DNA of 64,000 nucleotides, from assembly GCA_013003115.1 (NCBI GenBank), contig JABDLF010000007.1, positions 2,874-66,873 of the forward strand, given 5' to 3'. The DNA comes from Gammaproteobacteria bacterium (lineage in GTDB: Bacteria > Pseudomonadota > Gammaproteobacteria > Steroidobacterales > JABDLF01). Made by a program: the position numbers and the translations under genes. This document shows, piece by piece, positions 1 to 10,400 of this stretch; position 1 is the first letter of the stretch, and each line of letters begins with the position of its first letter. A model generated the notes under the pieces. The model was not told where the DNA came from. It made no database searches and was given only the letters and a program-made list of their open reading frames with translations.

Positions 1-782
1 GTAGCTACGGCGCCAAAGCTCGCGCCCATGAGGGCCCGGGACTGTGGTTCATCGCTGATTGGCAGCTCGCTCAGTAGTTGCGGTAGCAGTTCCTTGCAGA
101 TGAAATCGGCATGTCGCTCATCTCCGGCATATTCCACGAGTCGATCTGGCGAAGTTGTGAGGGCCACGATCATAGGCGGGATCTCCAGCCTGTGAATAAG
201 GTTATCGAGCACGATGCGCAGATCCGAGTAGTGCAGATAGTCATGACCATCGTGGACAATCAGCAGCGGGTAGCGCCGCGAATCGCGGTAACGGGCCGGC
301 AGATAAATATCGACCTCGCGTGGTCCGCCAAAGCGCGCGCTGTCCACGGTCATGCGTGAAAACTGGCCATGGCGGCTCTTCGGGTCGTGGAGCGTCCACT
401 CCGGACGCTGATAGCGATAGCCGCGGCAAACGGAGTTTGCGCCGAACGGATCGCGTGCCAGAAACGGATTCAGTGTATCCATTTCCAGGCTCCGATTCCC
501 GTCTTTAATTACCTCGTATTTGTATTCGATGCGCGACTCGGCCGGCAGCTCTATCGTAACGGCCCACAGCTCTGTTCCGGCGAGGCGCTGCAGCGGCTGG
601 GCCGTGCGTAAACCAAAAATCCAGTGCCGCAGGTAAACTTCGTCGGCCTCGCCGCGATAAACAAAAGTAACGTCGGGCCCGGCGACCATTGGAAAGCTCT
701 CTTCCTCAATGAATTTTTCGATCGCCCTGGGATCAGGCGCGCCCTTGCGCATCAAATTGCGGAGTTTTTCATGCAACGGCAT
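1..782 (-). CDS. Putative esterase (enterochelin-esterase-like alpha/beta hydrolase) with N-terminal E-set/CBM48-like beta-sandwich; C-terminal part lies beyond the left edge
   Basis: Absent from the ORF track because there is no stop in the window. My own reverse translation from the ATG (782-780) stays open to position 1: MPLHEKLRNLMRKGAPDPRAIEKFIEEESFPMVAGPDVTFVYRGEADEVYLRHWIFGLRT...RIEYKYEVIKDGNRSLE... It ends with a nucleophile-elbow-like LMGASFGAVA at the edge. The start overlaps the stop of the 769..1722 ORF by 14 nt. Confidence 0.6.
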   Translation of the reverse strand, partial: MPLHEKLRNLMRKGAPDPRAIEKFIEEESFPMVAGPDVTFVYRGEADEVYLRHWIFGLRTAQPLQRLAGTELWAVTIELPAESRIEYKYEVIKDGNRSLEMDTLNPFLARDPFGANSVCRGYRYQRPEWTLHDPKSRHGQFSRMTVDSARFGGPREVDIYLPARYRDSRRYPLLIVHDGHDYLHYSDLRIVLDNLIHRLEIPPMIVALTTSPDRLVEYAGDERHADFICKELLPQLLSELPISDEPQSRALMGASFGAVA

Positions 783-1722
783 GCACCTCGGCGAGTGAGC
801 CGCTCCGCCGAATGCGACGCGCACCCCGGGTGGCAAGCAGACGCTCATTGCTCCACGCAATCCAGTCATTTTCATCCAGCGCGAGGCAGCTTGCCGGCGC
901 AAAGCGCCGGGCCATGAGAGCGAGGTGATCCTTTTGTGCCAGGTCGAGTCGCTGGCTGGCTGCCGGCAGTGCGACCAGCCTGGGAGCGCGCGCCAGCCCA
1001 ACATCCATCAGCTCGGGTTCGCGTCGTCCCTGTGGCGCGCGGTCGTGAAAAAGTACCAGCCGATCGGTCATTACCATGGCGCCCGCCGACCAGCCAATGA
1101 GGGGGTGGCCTGCCAGGAGTTCGCGCATGCCGAGCAGGCGCAGGCGGCTTGCCAGGACTGCCACGTGCCCACCTGCGATCAGCACGGCGCCCAGTTTCCC
1201 GAGGAGATCGGCCAGCTCGGCGCGATGATCGCGAACAGCGGGTCGTTCGGCCAGTGTAACCTCGTCCTCAAACTCGCTATGCACCTTGGCAATCTGGCGG
1301 GCATGAAAACGATCAAGTGCGCGAAGCTGGCTTATTGCAGCGCGCAGCTGTGACCGGACGAGATCGGCGTCTTCGCTTCGTTTCATCAGCCGATAGCATG
1401 CGTCCGCACCCGCACGCAGCCGCACACGGTACAGACGCTGCAGTTGCTTCAGCACGTCCTGGCGTTTGCGGTGTGCCCGGAAAAGCTCACGGTCGAGGGC
1501 AAATATTTTTTCAACGCGATCATAGACCGCAAGGTCGGTAACTTCGCTGCCGAGATGATCAACGAGCGCGCCGGTGTCGCCTTCTGCGTCTCGCCAGCCT
1601 GCCGTTATCACGCCAAGGTTGCCTTCCACGCCGAGGGCATTCACGGCCATCGCAACGCTGGCAGTCTGTGACTGAGGGCCGAGCAACGCGACAAGTCCGG
1701 AAGTCTGGTTTTGCGCTGTCAT
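769..1722 (-). CDS. Peptidase S51-like (cyanophycinase/dipeptidase E fold, class I glutamine-amidotransferase-like) protein with a roughly 100-aa helical insertion
   Basis: 317-aa ORF. It carries LIAGGHVAVL...PLIGWSAGAMV, which resembles the S51 GG..(x)n..G-x-SAGA nucleophile motif. An Arg/Leu-rich helical segment (RELFRAHRKRQDVLKQLQRLYRVRLR...) is inserted before it. Tightly packed with flanking genes. Confidence 0.5.
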   Translation of the reverse strand: MTAQNQTSGLVALLGPQSQTASVAMAVNALGVEGNLGVITAGWRDAEGDTGALVDHLGSEVTDLAVYDRVEKIFALDRELFRAHRKRQDVLKQLQRLYRVRLRAGADACYRLMKRSEDADLVRSQLRAAISQLRALDRFHARQIAKVHSEFEDEVTLAERPAVRDHRAELADLLGKLGAVLIAGGHVAVLASRLRLLGMRELLAGHPLIGWSAGAMVMTDRLVLFHDRAPQGRREPELMDVGLARAPRLVALPAASQRLDLAQKDHLALMARRFAPASCLALDENDWIAWSNERLLATRGARRIRRSGSLAEVHAVA

Positions 1723-1728
1723 TCCTGA

Positions 1729-2958
1729 TCAGTGTCCCGCCGGTGCTCGCTCGACCTGAACGGTCGAAACGAGTTCCTGGAGTGCGTCTCTGATCACCGC
1801 CGTGTCCGGGTGTCGCAGGATAACGAAGCCGTCGCCCTCGTAGCTGTCCGAGGCGGCCTGGCCGGGTTTCGGCAAGTGTGCCTCGACCACGAGATCGCCA
1901 AGGCGCGCCTGGGCGCGGTCGAGTCCATGGATAGCTTTTACCGGGCCGCGGCCTTGTCCACGTATGTAGGCGGCGCCACAGGCATATTTCCGCTCCGGCG
2001 GCGCAAACTCGTCGAGCGCCATCAGGCCCGCCCAGCCGCGATAGAAATCCCAGTCGTGAGCATGAGACAGCAGCGACATGAACTGCGCGCCGGGTGGCCT
2101 TGCCCCGACTTCGGAAATAGCGACGCTTCCATCTTCGCGACGAAACCATTCGAGGTGGCTGAAGCCATTTTCAAGTCCCAGGACTCTGAGCGCTGCGAGG
2201 GCCGACGGCGCGATGGCAAGATGTTCGTCGCCTGCCGTGCTGCGCGGCAACAGGACGCACCACTGCATCCAGTCGTTCTCCAGCACCTGCAGTGGCGATG
2301 GCATGTAGGCACTCCACGAACTCCAGCAGGTTTCGCCTCCCAGCAGCGCGCTCTCATATGAGTGCTCACTGCCGGTCATAAATTCTTCCAGCAGCCCGGG
2401 GTTTGCGGGATTGGGCGGATATGCGGCGATATATTTCTCGAAATCCGCAATGTTTTCGAGCTTGAAGGTTGCTTTGGCCCCGGCGCCGGCCGGCGGCTTC
2501 ACGACGACCGGGAAACCCACCTGTTCGACAAAATCTCTTGCGGTCCTGGCGTCACCGGCCAGGCGGTGACGCGCGCAGGCGATGCCTGCCCCGCGAAGAA
2601 TGGACTTCATGCGCGCCTTGTCGCGAAAGTTGCGTGATGCCTCCACGCCCAGTCCCGCAACACCCAGTGCTTCGCGAACCTGTGCAACGGGCACCTGTGC
2701 CTGCTCCAGTGTTGCCAGGATGCGCTCTGGCTGGCCTGTCCGGGAGGCGAGTTTTTCGATGGCTATGGCGATATGTGCAGGATTCAGGCCGTCGGGAACC
2801 TGCTGATGCGCGCTCAGCCTGGCGCGCAGGGAAGGCGGAAGCCGGTCAAGCGGGTCCTGGCTCACAAGACTCAGGCGCACACCCGGCAGCTCTGCGGCGC
2901 CTTTAATAAAGCGCAGAGTTGCCGACATAAAAAAGGGGGCGACGAAAACGACGTGCAT
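1729..2958 (-). CDS. ATP-grasp domain protein (carboxylate-amine/L-amino-acid-ligase-like), substrate unknown
   Basis: 409-aa ORF with GFPVVVKPPAGAGAK (ATP-binding Lys), LLEEFMTGSEHSYE hinge and HLEWFRREDGSVAISEVGARPPG metal-binding region, all typical of the ATP-grasp fold. 6-nt gap to the downstream gene, 51 nt after glgC. Confidence 0.7.
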   Translation of the reverse strand: MHVVFVAPFFMSATLRFIKGAAELPGVRLSLVSQDPLDRLPPSLRARLSAHQQVPDGLNPAHIAIAIEKLASRTGQPERILATLEQAQVPVAQVREALGVAGLGVEASRNFRDKARMKSILRGAGIACARHRLAGDARTARDFVEQVGFPVVVKPPAGAGAKATFKLENIADFEKYIAAYPPNPANPGLLEEFMTGSEHSYESALLGGETCWSSWSAYMPSPLQVLENDWMQWCVLLPRSTAGDEHLAIAPSALAALRVLGLENGFSHLEWFRREDGSVAISEVGARPPGAQFMSLLSHAHDWDFYRGWAGLMALDEFAPPERKYACGAAYIRGQGRGPVKAIHGLDRAQARLGDLVVEAHLPKPGQAASDSYEGDGFVILRHPDTAVIRDALQELVSTVQVERAPAGH

Positions 2959-3009
2959 CGTGGCGTGGTCCGGAGGCTCTACCAGTTGGCGCGCGAGTAT
3001 ACCATCCGG

Positions 3010-4266
3010 CTATTCAGTGCCCTGAAGCATCTCCTCTGTGACGAGGGCAATGCCTTTCTTGGTTATAAAAAACCGCCTTGCATCCTCTTCGGCATCCACG
3101 CCGATACTGGTGCCGTCAGCTATTTCGCAGTTTTCGTCAATCACCGCGCGGCGGATGGTGCATCTTCTTCCGATTTTGACGTTGGGCAGGATTACTGCCG
3201 CATCGAGGTGCGACCCTTCATCCACCAGTACGTTCGAAAACAGCACTGACTGACGAATAACCGCGCCCGAAATAATGCAGCCGCCGGCAACCATGGAATT
3301 AATTGCAATCCCGCGACGTCCGTCCTCATCGAGCACAAATTTGGCCGGCGGTGCCTGTTCCTGATAAGTCCAGATCGGCCAGTCATCGTCGTACAGGTCA
3401 AGCTCTGGCGTAACGTGCACCAGCTCCATGTTTGCGTCAAAGTAAGCGTCTACGTTCCCGACATCGCGCCAGTAACTTTGCGCTCGTGTTTCAACGTCCG
3501 TAAAAGTGTAAGCAAAAACGCGGCGCGTGTTAATCGTCCCCGGAATGATGTTCTTGCCAAAGTCGTGTGCCGATTGTTCGTTCTCTGCATCTTTGCGCAG
3601 GACTTCGCACATTAGCTCGCGGTTGAAGACGTAAATGCCCATGGACACCATGGCGGCGCTCGGGTCATCCGGAGTTGGTTCGGGAATTGCGGGCTTTTCG
3701 GCAAAGCGGACGATGCGGTCCTCGTCGTCTACCGTCATCACGCCAAACTCGCTGGCCTCGCCGACAGGCACGCGCAGCACGCCCACGGTCAGATCGGCCT
3801 CTTTTTCTACGTGGTAAGCGATCATAGGACCGTAGTCCATCTTGTAGACATGATCACCCGCGAGGATCAGCACGTGCTCGGGATTATGATCTTCAATGAT
3901 GTCGAGGTTCTGATAAACGCTATCTGCAGTGCCTCGGTACCACATCTCTCCAATTTGCTGCTGAGCCGGTACGATTTCTATGAACTCGCCAAATTCACCT
4001 CGCAAAAAGCCCCAGCCCCGGCGTATGTGCTGGATCAGAGAGTGCGCCTTGTATTGAGTAAGCACGAGAATCTGGCGAATGCCGGAATTAACGCAGTTGG
4101 AGAGCGGGAAATCTATGATTCTGAATTTGCCAGCAATTGGCGTCGCCGGTTTGGCCCGGTTCAGCGTCAGCTGTTTCAGCCGACTTCCCCGTCCGCCGGC
4201 CATGATCAATGCCATTGTGCTGCGAGTGAGTCGACTGACGAATCGACCAGATTTTCTTGCTTTCAT
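3010..4266 (-). CDS. glgC: Glucose-1-phosphate adenylyltransferase (ADP-glucose pyrophosphorylase)
   Basis: [59 protein letters not shown]...[16 protein letters not shown]... is collinear with E. coli GlgC over its full length. The ORF track starts at GTG 4347. ATG 4266 (MKARKSGRF...) gives the N-terminal length seen in E. coli GlgC. Confidence 0.92.
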   Translation of the reverse strand: MKARKSGRFVSRLTRSTMALIMAGGRGSRLKQLTLNRAKPATPIAGKFRIIDFPLSNCVNSGIRQILVLTQYKAHSLIQHIRRGWGFLRGEFGEFIEIVPAQQQIGEMWYRGTADSVYQNLDIIEDHNPEHVLILAGDHVYKMDYGPMIAYHVEKEADLTVGVLRVPVGEASEFGVMTVDDEDRIVRFAEKPAIPEPTPDDPSAAMVSMGIYVFNRELMCEVLRKDAENEQSAHDFGKNIIPGTINTRRVFAYTFTDVETRAQSYWRDVGNVDAYFDANMELVHVTPELDLYDDDWPIWTYQEQAPPAKFVLDEDGRRGIAINSMVAGGCIISGAVIRQSVLFSNVLVDEGSHLDAAVILPNVKIGRRCTIRRAVIDENCEIADGTSIGVDAEEDARRFFITKKGIALVTEEMLQGTE

Positions 4267-4413
4267 TATTCTGCCTGGCTCACGATCTGTGTTCAGTTTT
4301 GGCTCTGGCGCCCCGAATCTGCTCCTCTCCGGATAAGATACAGGCACGCGAGTTGCACGGCAAACGCCAGGGCTATTCCTGGTGCCATGCTTGCGAATGC
4401 ACGTCGAAAATGA

Positions 4414-4450
4414 ATCAAGCCGCCACCTCGACGACAGACGGCGGCTTGAT
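4414..4450. repeat. Perfect 11-bp inverted repeat (ATCAAGCCGCC / GGCGGCTTGAT) with a 15-nt loop
   Basis: Read directly: 4414-4424 pairs with 4440-4450. On the minus strand the hairpin is followed by TCATTTTCG (weak T-tract). Lies upstream of glgC in the glgC/HK divergent intergenic region. Confidence 0.5.
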
Positions 4451-4671
4451 CAGATCAGGGATGAAATCGCGCGCTCAGCAGGCGTGAGATTAGAAGGGGC
4501 GCGCGGCCAGTGCGCGGACCTCGAGCGCGAGCTGCTGCGCGAGGGACTGCGAAAGGCATGATAGAGGCGATTAGTCGGCAAAAAGAGCCCTCTTTTAGGT
4601 TATGATTGCGCCGCGGTGGTATGGGCAGAAAACCGCCATCGAACTGACGCACAACTCGCATGTAGAAGTCG

Positions 4672-4695
4672 CCTGTATATAAACCTGTATATAAA
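4672..4695. repeat. Exact tandem duplication of the 12-mer CCTGTATATAAA
   Basis: 4672-4683 and 4684-4695 are identical. AT-rich, TATA-containing, about 65 nt upstream of the GTG start of the histidine kinase gene. Confidence 0.6.
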
Positions 4696-4760
4696 AAGAT
4701 GATTCCGAACTGTCTACTGCCGGCAAACCCGACCGCCGATATGTCACCGATCTCCATTCC

Positions 4761-6845
4761 GTGAAAAGTAAGACGGCCAGCCAGGGGCGCGTCACCGTAT
4801 CTGTCCAGGCGCCGCTCGGAGAGCTGTCTACCCTTGGCATAAGCGATTTGTCATCTGTGCCTGCCCCGCATCGCTGGCGGACGGTTGCTGTGCTCAGTTT
4901 CTGGTTCCTGTTCCTGGCTGCCTCGATCGGCACCGGTATCCTGGTTATCGAGAGCGATCTTTCCGCGATTCCTGTCAAGTTTGCGGGCTTCGATGCCTTT
5001 GTGACGATTTACCCGCCGCTTATTTTTTGCACTCTGCTGCTATTCTGGATGGGCTTTCTGTGGGCATTTGTGCCTGCCTATCTCGCGACTTTTCTGATTG
5101 CAGTGTATTCCAGTATGCCGGTTGGCTGGGCGGCGCTGTTTGCTTTTTCGGACACGGTCGGGCTCGTTTTCCTCGCCATTGCATACCGCAGCACCGGGAT
5201 GGGGTTTGATTTTCGAAATATCACTACCGTTGGTTTTTTCGTGTTGGCATCATTTGTGGCCTCGCTGGCCGGTGCGACGGGCTCGTTCATCTGGAGCCAC
5301 ACCCAGGGGTTGTCCGCCATGGAGACTTTTGCGGTGTGGGAGGGTTGGTGGCTGGGAGGCTTCCTGCAATCGGTTTTGATCTGCGGCCCGGTGCTGTTTC
5401 TGTTTACGCCGGCAGTTACCCGGCTGAAATTTCGCTGGTTTGGTAACGCCGTCAGGCATGAGCGAGGGGCGCTTATGCTGACCATTGCGGTCATTCTGGC
5501 GGTACTGTTGATTTGCGCATTTGCATTGGGCAACGCATACCTCTCGCGTCTCCGGCTGGTCTCGCAGGTGGCGGAGGGGTATTCGGCTGATCAGGTAATG
5601 GCGTTCGCAAACTCTGCGCTGGTAAATCTTGCGACCATTAGCGTGCTGCTGATCGTGGCTAGCGGTCTCGGTTTTCTTGGGCTCACTGCCCGCTGGAACA
5701 AAGAGCTCCGCAGAGAAGTGCGCGTACGTACCCGCTTGCTGGAGCAAAGCCGCAAGCGCGTCAGCGCGATAATCAATCTTGTGCCGCACATGATATTCGC
5801 CCGGGAAGCCGGAGGGGATTTCGTGTTCGCCAATCGCGCGACAGCAAGAACCCTGGGGCAAAGTGCAAGCGAACTCCGGGATACCGAATCGATATCGCTC
5901 CCGGATGTCAGTGAGCAACTCGACAGGCTGGCGGAGAAGGATGCGCAGGTGTTTGCAGGGAGTGGGGATTCCACTGATTCCACAGAAGTATTGAGAGACG
6001 CTACAGGCGAGGAGCGAAAGCTGCGGATTTCGAGAGTGCTGCTCGAGATGGATGATGCTAATTCCCCCGCCGTTTTGTCGGTGGCGGTAGACGTTACCGA
6101 CCAGGAAAGGGCAGAGGCGCGCCTGACGGCGCTGGTTGCCGAGCTGGCCGACAAGAATCTCGAACTCGAGCGCTTTACCTATACCGTCTCCCATGACCTT
6201 AAGAGCCCGATCATCACCATTCGCGGCTTTGCAAGAGAAATGGCGCGCCAGCTGGAGGCAGGTACCCCGGAGGAGTTGCGCGAAGACCTGGCGCGTATCG
6301 AGAAGGCCTCGGCGCGGATGCAGAAGCTCCTTGATGGGTTGCTGGTACTTTCGCGCAGCGGCAAACTGAGCGGGCCCAAGCAGCGGGTAAACATGAATCG
6401 AATGGTCGCGGAAGTAATCGAGATCATGCAGGGTCAGATTTCGGAAACTAAAGCGAAGATCAGGGTGGCCGAGGAATTACCTGACGTCAGCGGTGATCCC
6501 GTGAGGCTCTTTGAGCTGGTACAGAATCTCCTCGAGAATGCCCTGAAGTTCAACGCAAAAGGCACGGCGCCCGAGGTCATCATCGGGTGTGAGCATATCG
6601 ACGCTGAGAATCGGTATTTCATCGAGGACAACGGCGTCGGCATCGACCCCGATGATCGCGAGCGAATTTTTGGACTCTTTGAGCAGGTTGGGCAGTCGGA
6701 TAAAGGTACGGGTATCGGTCTGTCTCTCGCGCGCCGGATATTACAGGTTCACGGCGGAACGATTTGGGTCGAGCCTGCCCGGGAGCTGGGTGGTGCTCGT
6801 TTCGTTTTCGTTTTGCCCGCTGCTGCTTCGGCCCCGATAGCCTGA
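4761..6845 (+). CDS. Membrane-bound sensor histidine kinase (multi-TM N-terminal sensor, PAS, HisKA, HATPase_c)
   Basis: 694 aa. Hydrophobic N-terminal ~300 aa, H-box FTYTVSHDLKSPIITIRGF, N-box LVQNLLENALKF, G-boxes DNGVGID and GTGIGLSLARRI. GTG start in the ORF track; exact start uncertain. Confidence 0.85.
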   Translation: MKSKTASQGRVTVSVQAPLGELSTLGISDLSSVPAPHRWRTVAVLSFWFLFLAASIGTGILVIESDLSAIPVKFAGFDAFVTIYPPLIFCTLLLFWMGFLWAFVPAYLATFLIAVYSSMPVGWAALFAFSDTVGLVFLAIAYRSTGMGFDFRNITTVGFFVLASFVASLAGATGSFIWSHTQGLSAMETFAVWEGWWLGGFLQSVLICGPVLFLFTPAVTRLKFRWFGNAVRHERGALMLTIAVILAVLLICAFALGNAYLSRLRLVSQVAEGYSADQVMAFANSALVNLATISVLLIVASGLGFLGLTARWNKELRREVRVRTRLLEQSRKRVSAIINLVPHMIFAREAGGDFVFANRATARTLGQSASELRDTESISLPDVSEQLDRLAEKDAQVFAGSGDSTDSTEVLRDATGEERKLRISRVLLEMDDANSPAVLSVAVDVTDQERAEARLTALVAELADKNLELERFTYTVSHDLKSPIITIRGFAREMARQLEAGTPEELREDLARIEKASARMQKLLDGLLVLSRSGKLSGPKQRVNMNRMVAEVIEIMQGQISETKAKIRVAEELPDVSGDPVRLFELVQNLLENALKFNAKGTAPEVIIGCEHIDAENRYFIEDNGVGIDPDDRERIFGLFEQVGQSDKGTGIGLSLARRILQVHGGTIWVEPARELGGARFVFVLPAAASAPIA

Positions 6846-6937
6846 GATCTGGTTCCTGATACAGGCCAGGCGCTTAACAGCAGGCTGCTATTTTGACATG
6901 CTATGATTTGGACGATTGTCCATGAGGAAGCGATTTC

Positions 6938-7408
6938 ATGGAAGGAAATGCCGGCGAAGATTTTGCACTGCCAGTTTTGTTGGTGGAGGACAATCCCGAC
7001 CACGCAGAACTCATCGGTCGCTGCCTCGATTGCGAACGGATCGGTGGCCGCCTGTATCACGTCAGCGACGGGGAGATGGCGCTGGAATTCCTGGAACAGA
7101 AGGGCGCTTACAGCGATCCGTCAGGCAGTCCTCGCCCCGTGCTTATAATCATGGATCTGCGATTGCCAAGGCTTGATGGCCTGAGTCTGCTGCGGGTTAT
7201 CAAGAATGACGCAAAGTTGAGCGCAATACCGGTAGTCGTCCTGAGCACCTCGACGGCGGCCCCTGATATCGACGGGGCTTACGCGGCACATGCCAATGCT
7301 TATCTCGCGAAGTCTCTGAATTTCGATGAGTTCAGAATGCAACTGCAGGCCGCGGCGACGTTCTGGCTGCAGTGCAATCGCACACCTTTGATTAAGCAGG
7401 ACCAGTAA
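6938..7408 (+). CDS. Single-domain response regulator (CheY-like receiver)
   Basis: 156 aa. VLLVEDNPDHAELI, phospho-acceptor context LIIMDLRLPRLDG, VVVLSTS, AYLAKS. Confidence 0.85.
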   Translation: MEGNAGEDFALPVLLVEDNPDHAELIGRCLDCERIGGRLYHVSDGEMALEFLEQKGAYSDPSGSPRPVLIIMDLRLPRLDGLSLLRVIKNDAKLSAIPVVVLSTSTAAPDIDGAYAAHANAYLAKSLNFDEFRMQLQAAATFWLQCNRTPLIKQDQ

Positions 7409-7418
7409 GGGCAGGCGT

Positions 7419-10400
7419 TTGGACCAGTCAGGCAATTCAGACAACGACAAGAAAGATCTCTTCTCTATCCTCGTTGTTGAAGACTCTCCCGATCACAGAG
7501 AGTTGATTCGTCGGGCATTTGCCCATTCTCCTTTGACCAGGACGGTACATTTTTGCCAGAGCATAAGAGAGGCGCGTAGCAGACTGGCCGCTGCTACGCC
7601 GGATCTGGTGCTGGCCGACATTCGCCTTCCTGATGGCAACGGCAGGGAGCTTCTTGTCAACGCAGGAAACAAAGTTCCCCTCGTGCTCATGACGAGTTTC
7701 GGAGACGAGACCCAGGCAGTCAGCGCCATAAAATCCGGTGCGCTTGATTATGTTGCAAAAACCGAGGAAAACTTTACCGAACTCCCGTCGATATGCTGGC
7801 GAGCCGTGCGGGACTGGCGCGCTCAGACAAATGCGCGAGAGGCGCAAAGTGCACTCGCGGCCAGTGAGAAACGCTACCGAACGCTTTTTGAGAATGTGCC
7901 GGCAGGCATTTTTCAGTGCGATCCTGGCGGCAGGCTGACGGAGGTCAACCAGGCTCTGGTCGAAATGCTGGGTTATCCGGATGCGGAGGCCTTGTTAGGC
8001 CTGCGTCTCTATGCGCTGTTCCTGAATGACGATGAGCATGCCTCGGATGAAGGCGTAGCGCTTAAAAACCTGCTTACGGTCAAAAACGCAAAGGTGGGGC
8101 TCAGGCGTTTCGATGGCGGCAAAACAATTGCGGCAATGAGTGTTCAGCCCGTACGCGATGGTGAATGCATCTGCTGTTATGAAGGCTTTTTTTACGATCT
8201 GACGAAACAGCTGGAGTCAGACGCAGCGCTCATGGAGACACGCCTGAGAATGGAAGCAGCGTTTCAAAATGTGTTCGGGTTTATTGTTCTGGTAGACCCG
8301 GATGGAAATGTGCTGGATATGAGTGACTCGGTTGTTGCGGCAACGGGTTGCCGGCGCGCAGCCGTTGAAGGCAGGCCGCTTTGGCATGCGCCCTGGTGGC
8401 GCAGTCTCGATGGCGAGGTGGCGGCAGTGAAGGCAGGAATTGCAGCTGCGCGCTCGGGCACCGCGGCAAGTGATACTGCCAGGTTTGCCATAGCCAGCGG
8501 TGAAATACGGATTGGAGATCGTTCATTCACGCCCGTGACAGATCAGGCCGGTGAGGTGCGTTTCATAGTAGTGGAAGGCCGCGATATCAGCGATCTGATC
8601 GAGGCCAACAGCAAGCTGGAAGCGAGTGAACAGCGATTTCGCAGCCTGTTTGAAAGCGCATCGGAGGCACTGGTTGTCTACGACGTCAAGGCCGACGTCT
8701 TTATAGACCTCAACCGTAAAATGGAGCAGATGTTCGGGGGGTCAAGGGCACTGCTGCTGAAGCAGAACGCGCTCACGTTGAGCCCTGAGTTTCAGCCTGA
8801 TGGCAGCGCTTCTTCGCAGCGCGCATCGGAGTATGTAAAGCTGGCTATTGCCGGTGAGGTGCCGATGTTCGAATGGGAATTCCAGGCGCTGACTGGTGAA
8901 CGCGTAACGTGTGAGGTTCGCCTTAACCGCGTACAAGACAGCCGCCGGGTTCTGGTGCGGGGGAGCCTGACCGATATCACTTTGCGCAAAGAGGCGGAGA
9001 ATCGCCTGCGGGACAGTCAGCGCAGGATGAGTGCGCTAATTGAGAATGCCACTTCCGGAATATTCGAGATCGATGCAGATGGCAGGGTGATTTCAGCAAA
9101 CCCCGTGGCCGTCGGGATACTTGCCCGCAACGAGGCGTCGGAGGCTATCGGCAGCAACTTTCTGAGCTACGTGCCATATGACGAGCGTGATGAATTAAAG
9201 CGTGCCCTGGATGCAGCGTGGCGAGGCCATGACTCAAGCCTGGTCTATCCGATTTCTGCAGCGTCTGGCAATCGGATTATTGCAGGTTCTTTGGTGTCCA
9301 TACGCGACAGCCTGGGCGTTGTTACCCGCGTGATGCTCATGTGCGACGACATCACCGAGCGACATGCAAATGCAAAAAAACTGGAAAAAGAACGTCGCTT
9401 TACAGAATCGGTCATCAACAGTCTTCCCGGCACGTTTTTCGTCTTCGAAGAAGGTCGCAGGCTGGTGCGATTTAATGACCGGTTTCTCGCGGCCAACGGC
9501 TACGCGATTGAAGAAGCCAGGGACATGCAGCCACTGGATTTTATTCACCATGGAGACAGGCCCAGGGTGGCCCGGAAATTGCGCGAAATTTTTGAGTTTG
9601 GCGAAGCCTCGGTTGAGGCAGACTTGCTCACCAAAGACGGCCGCCGAATCCCCTTCGCATTTAGTGGTCGCGCCCTTGAGCAGGATGGCAAGCGTTTTCT
9701 TGTTGGCTTTGGGCTCGATATCAGCGAGAGGCGGCGCAATGAGCTTCGCTTCCGAGCCGAGAAGAAATTTGCTGATACCGTGATCAACGCCATGCCAGGT
9801 GTTTTTTATGTTGTTAACGAGGAACGCAGGATCGTTCGCTGGAACGACAATTTGCTCAGGATCATCGGCAGGAAACCGGACGAAATGGCTGCGCTCCAGC
9901 CCATGAGCCTGGTTGCCGAGGCGGATCGGAAGGTCATAGCGGGCGGTCTTGAACAGGTTTTTAAGGAGGGGGAGGCGCGCGTTGAGGCCAGGTTGATGAA
10001 CGCGGACGGTGAGGAGCGACCCTTCTTGCTCACTGGCGTCCGGCTGCGCTCCGGAAGCAATACATTTATGGTTGGCATGGGCTTTGACATCAGTGAGCGC
10101 AAGCGATTCGAGTCGCAGCTGAGAGCGAGCGAAAATTATCTGCGCTCAGTCGTTGAATCGGAGCCGGAGTGTGTCTGGACTCTCGACAGAGACGGGCGGC
10201 TTCTTGATATCAACCCGGCGGGGCGAATGCTGCTCGGAGACGATCTCGTTGATAGTGCCCGAGCAGACTCAATCGTAAATTTCATACGTCCTGATCAGCG
10301 CAAGGCGTTTTTGCAGCTGAACGAGTCTGTTTTTTCCGGTCACTCCGGGATTTTGATTTTTGAAATGGAAAGCCAGGGCGGCATGTTGCGCTGGCTGGAA

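Noticed and set aside
4455-4757. 100-aa minus-strand ORF in the glgC/kinase intergenic region
   Set aside because: It has an odd composition and spans the tandem repeat. It ends just before the inverted repeat and has no ribosome-binding site that I could identify. It is more likely regulatory DNA.
4348-4760. Possible Csr/Rsm-type decoy sRNA (GGA-rich) near glgC, given the CsrA-like gene in the window
   Set aside because: There are only about three GGA motifs per 100 nt on either strand, roughly what this base composition gives by chance. I saw no repeated GGA-in-loop hairpins, no GacA-type upstream palindrome and no convincing terminator.
5250-6194. 314-aa minus-strand ORF inside the sensor kinase gene
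   Set aside because: It is antisense to an ORF with complete HisKA/HATPase motifs and has no motifs of its own.
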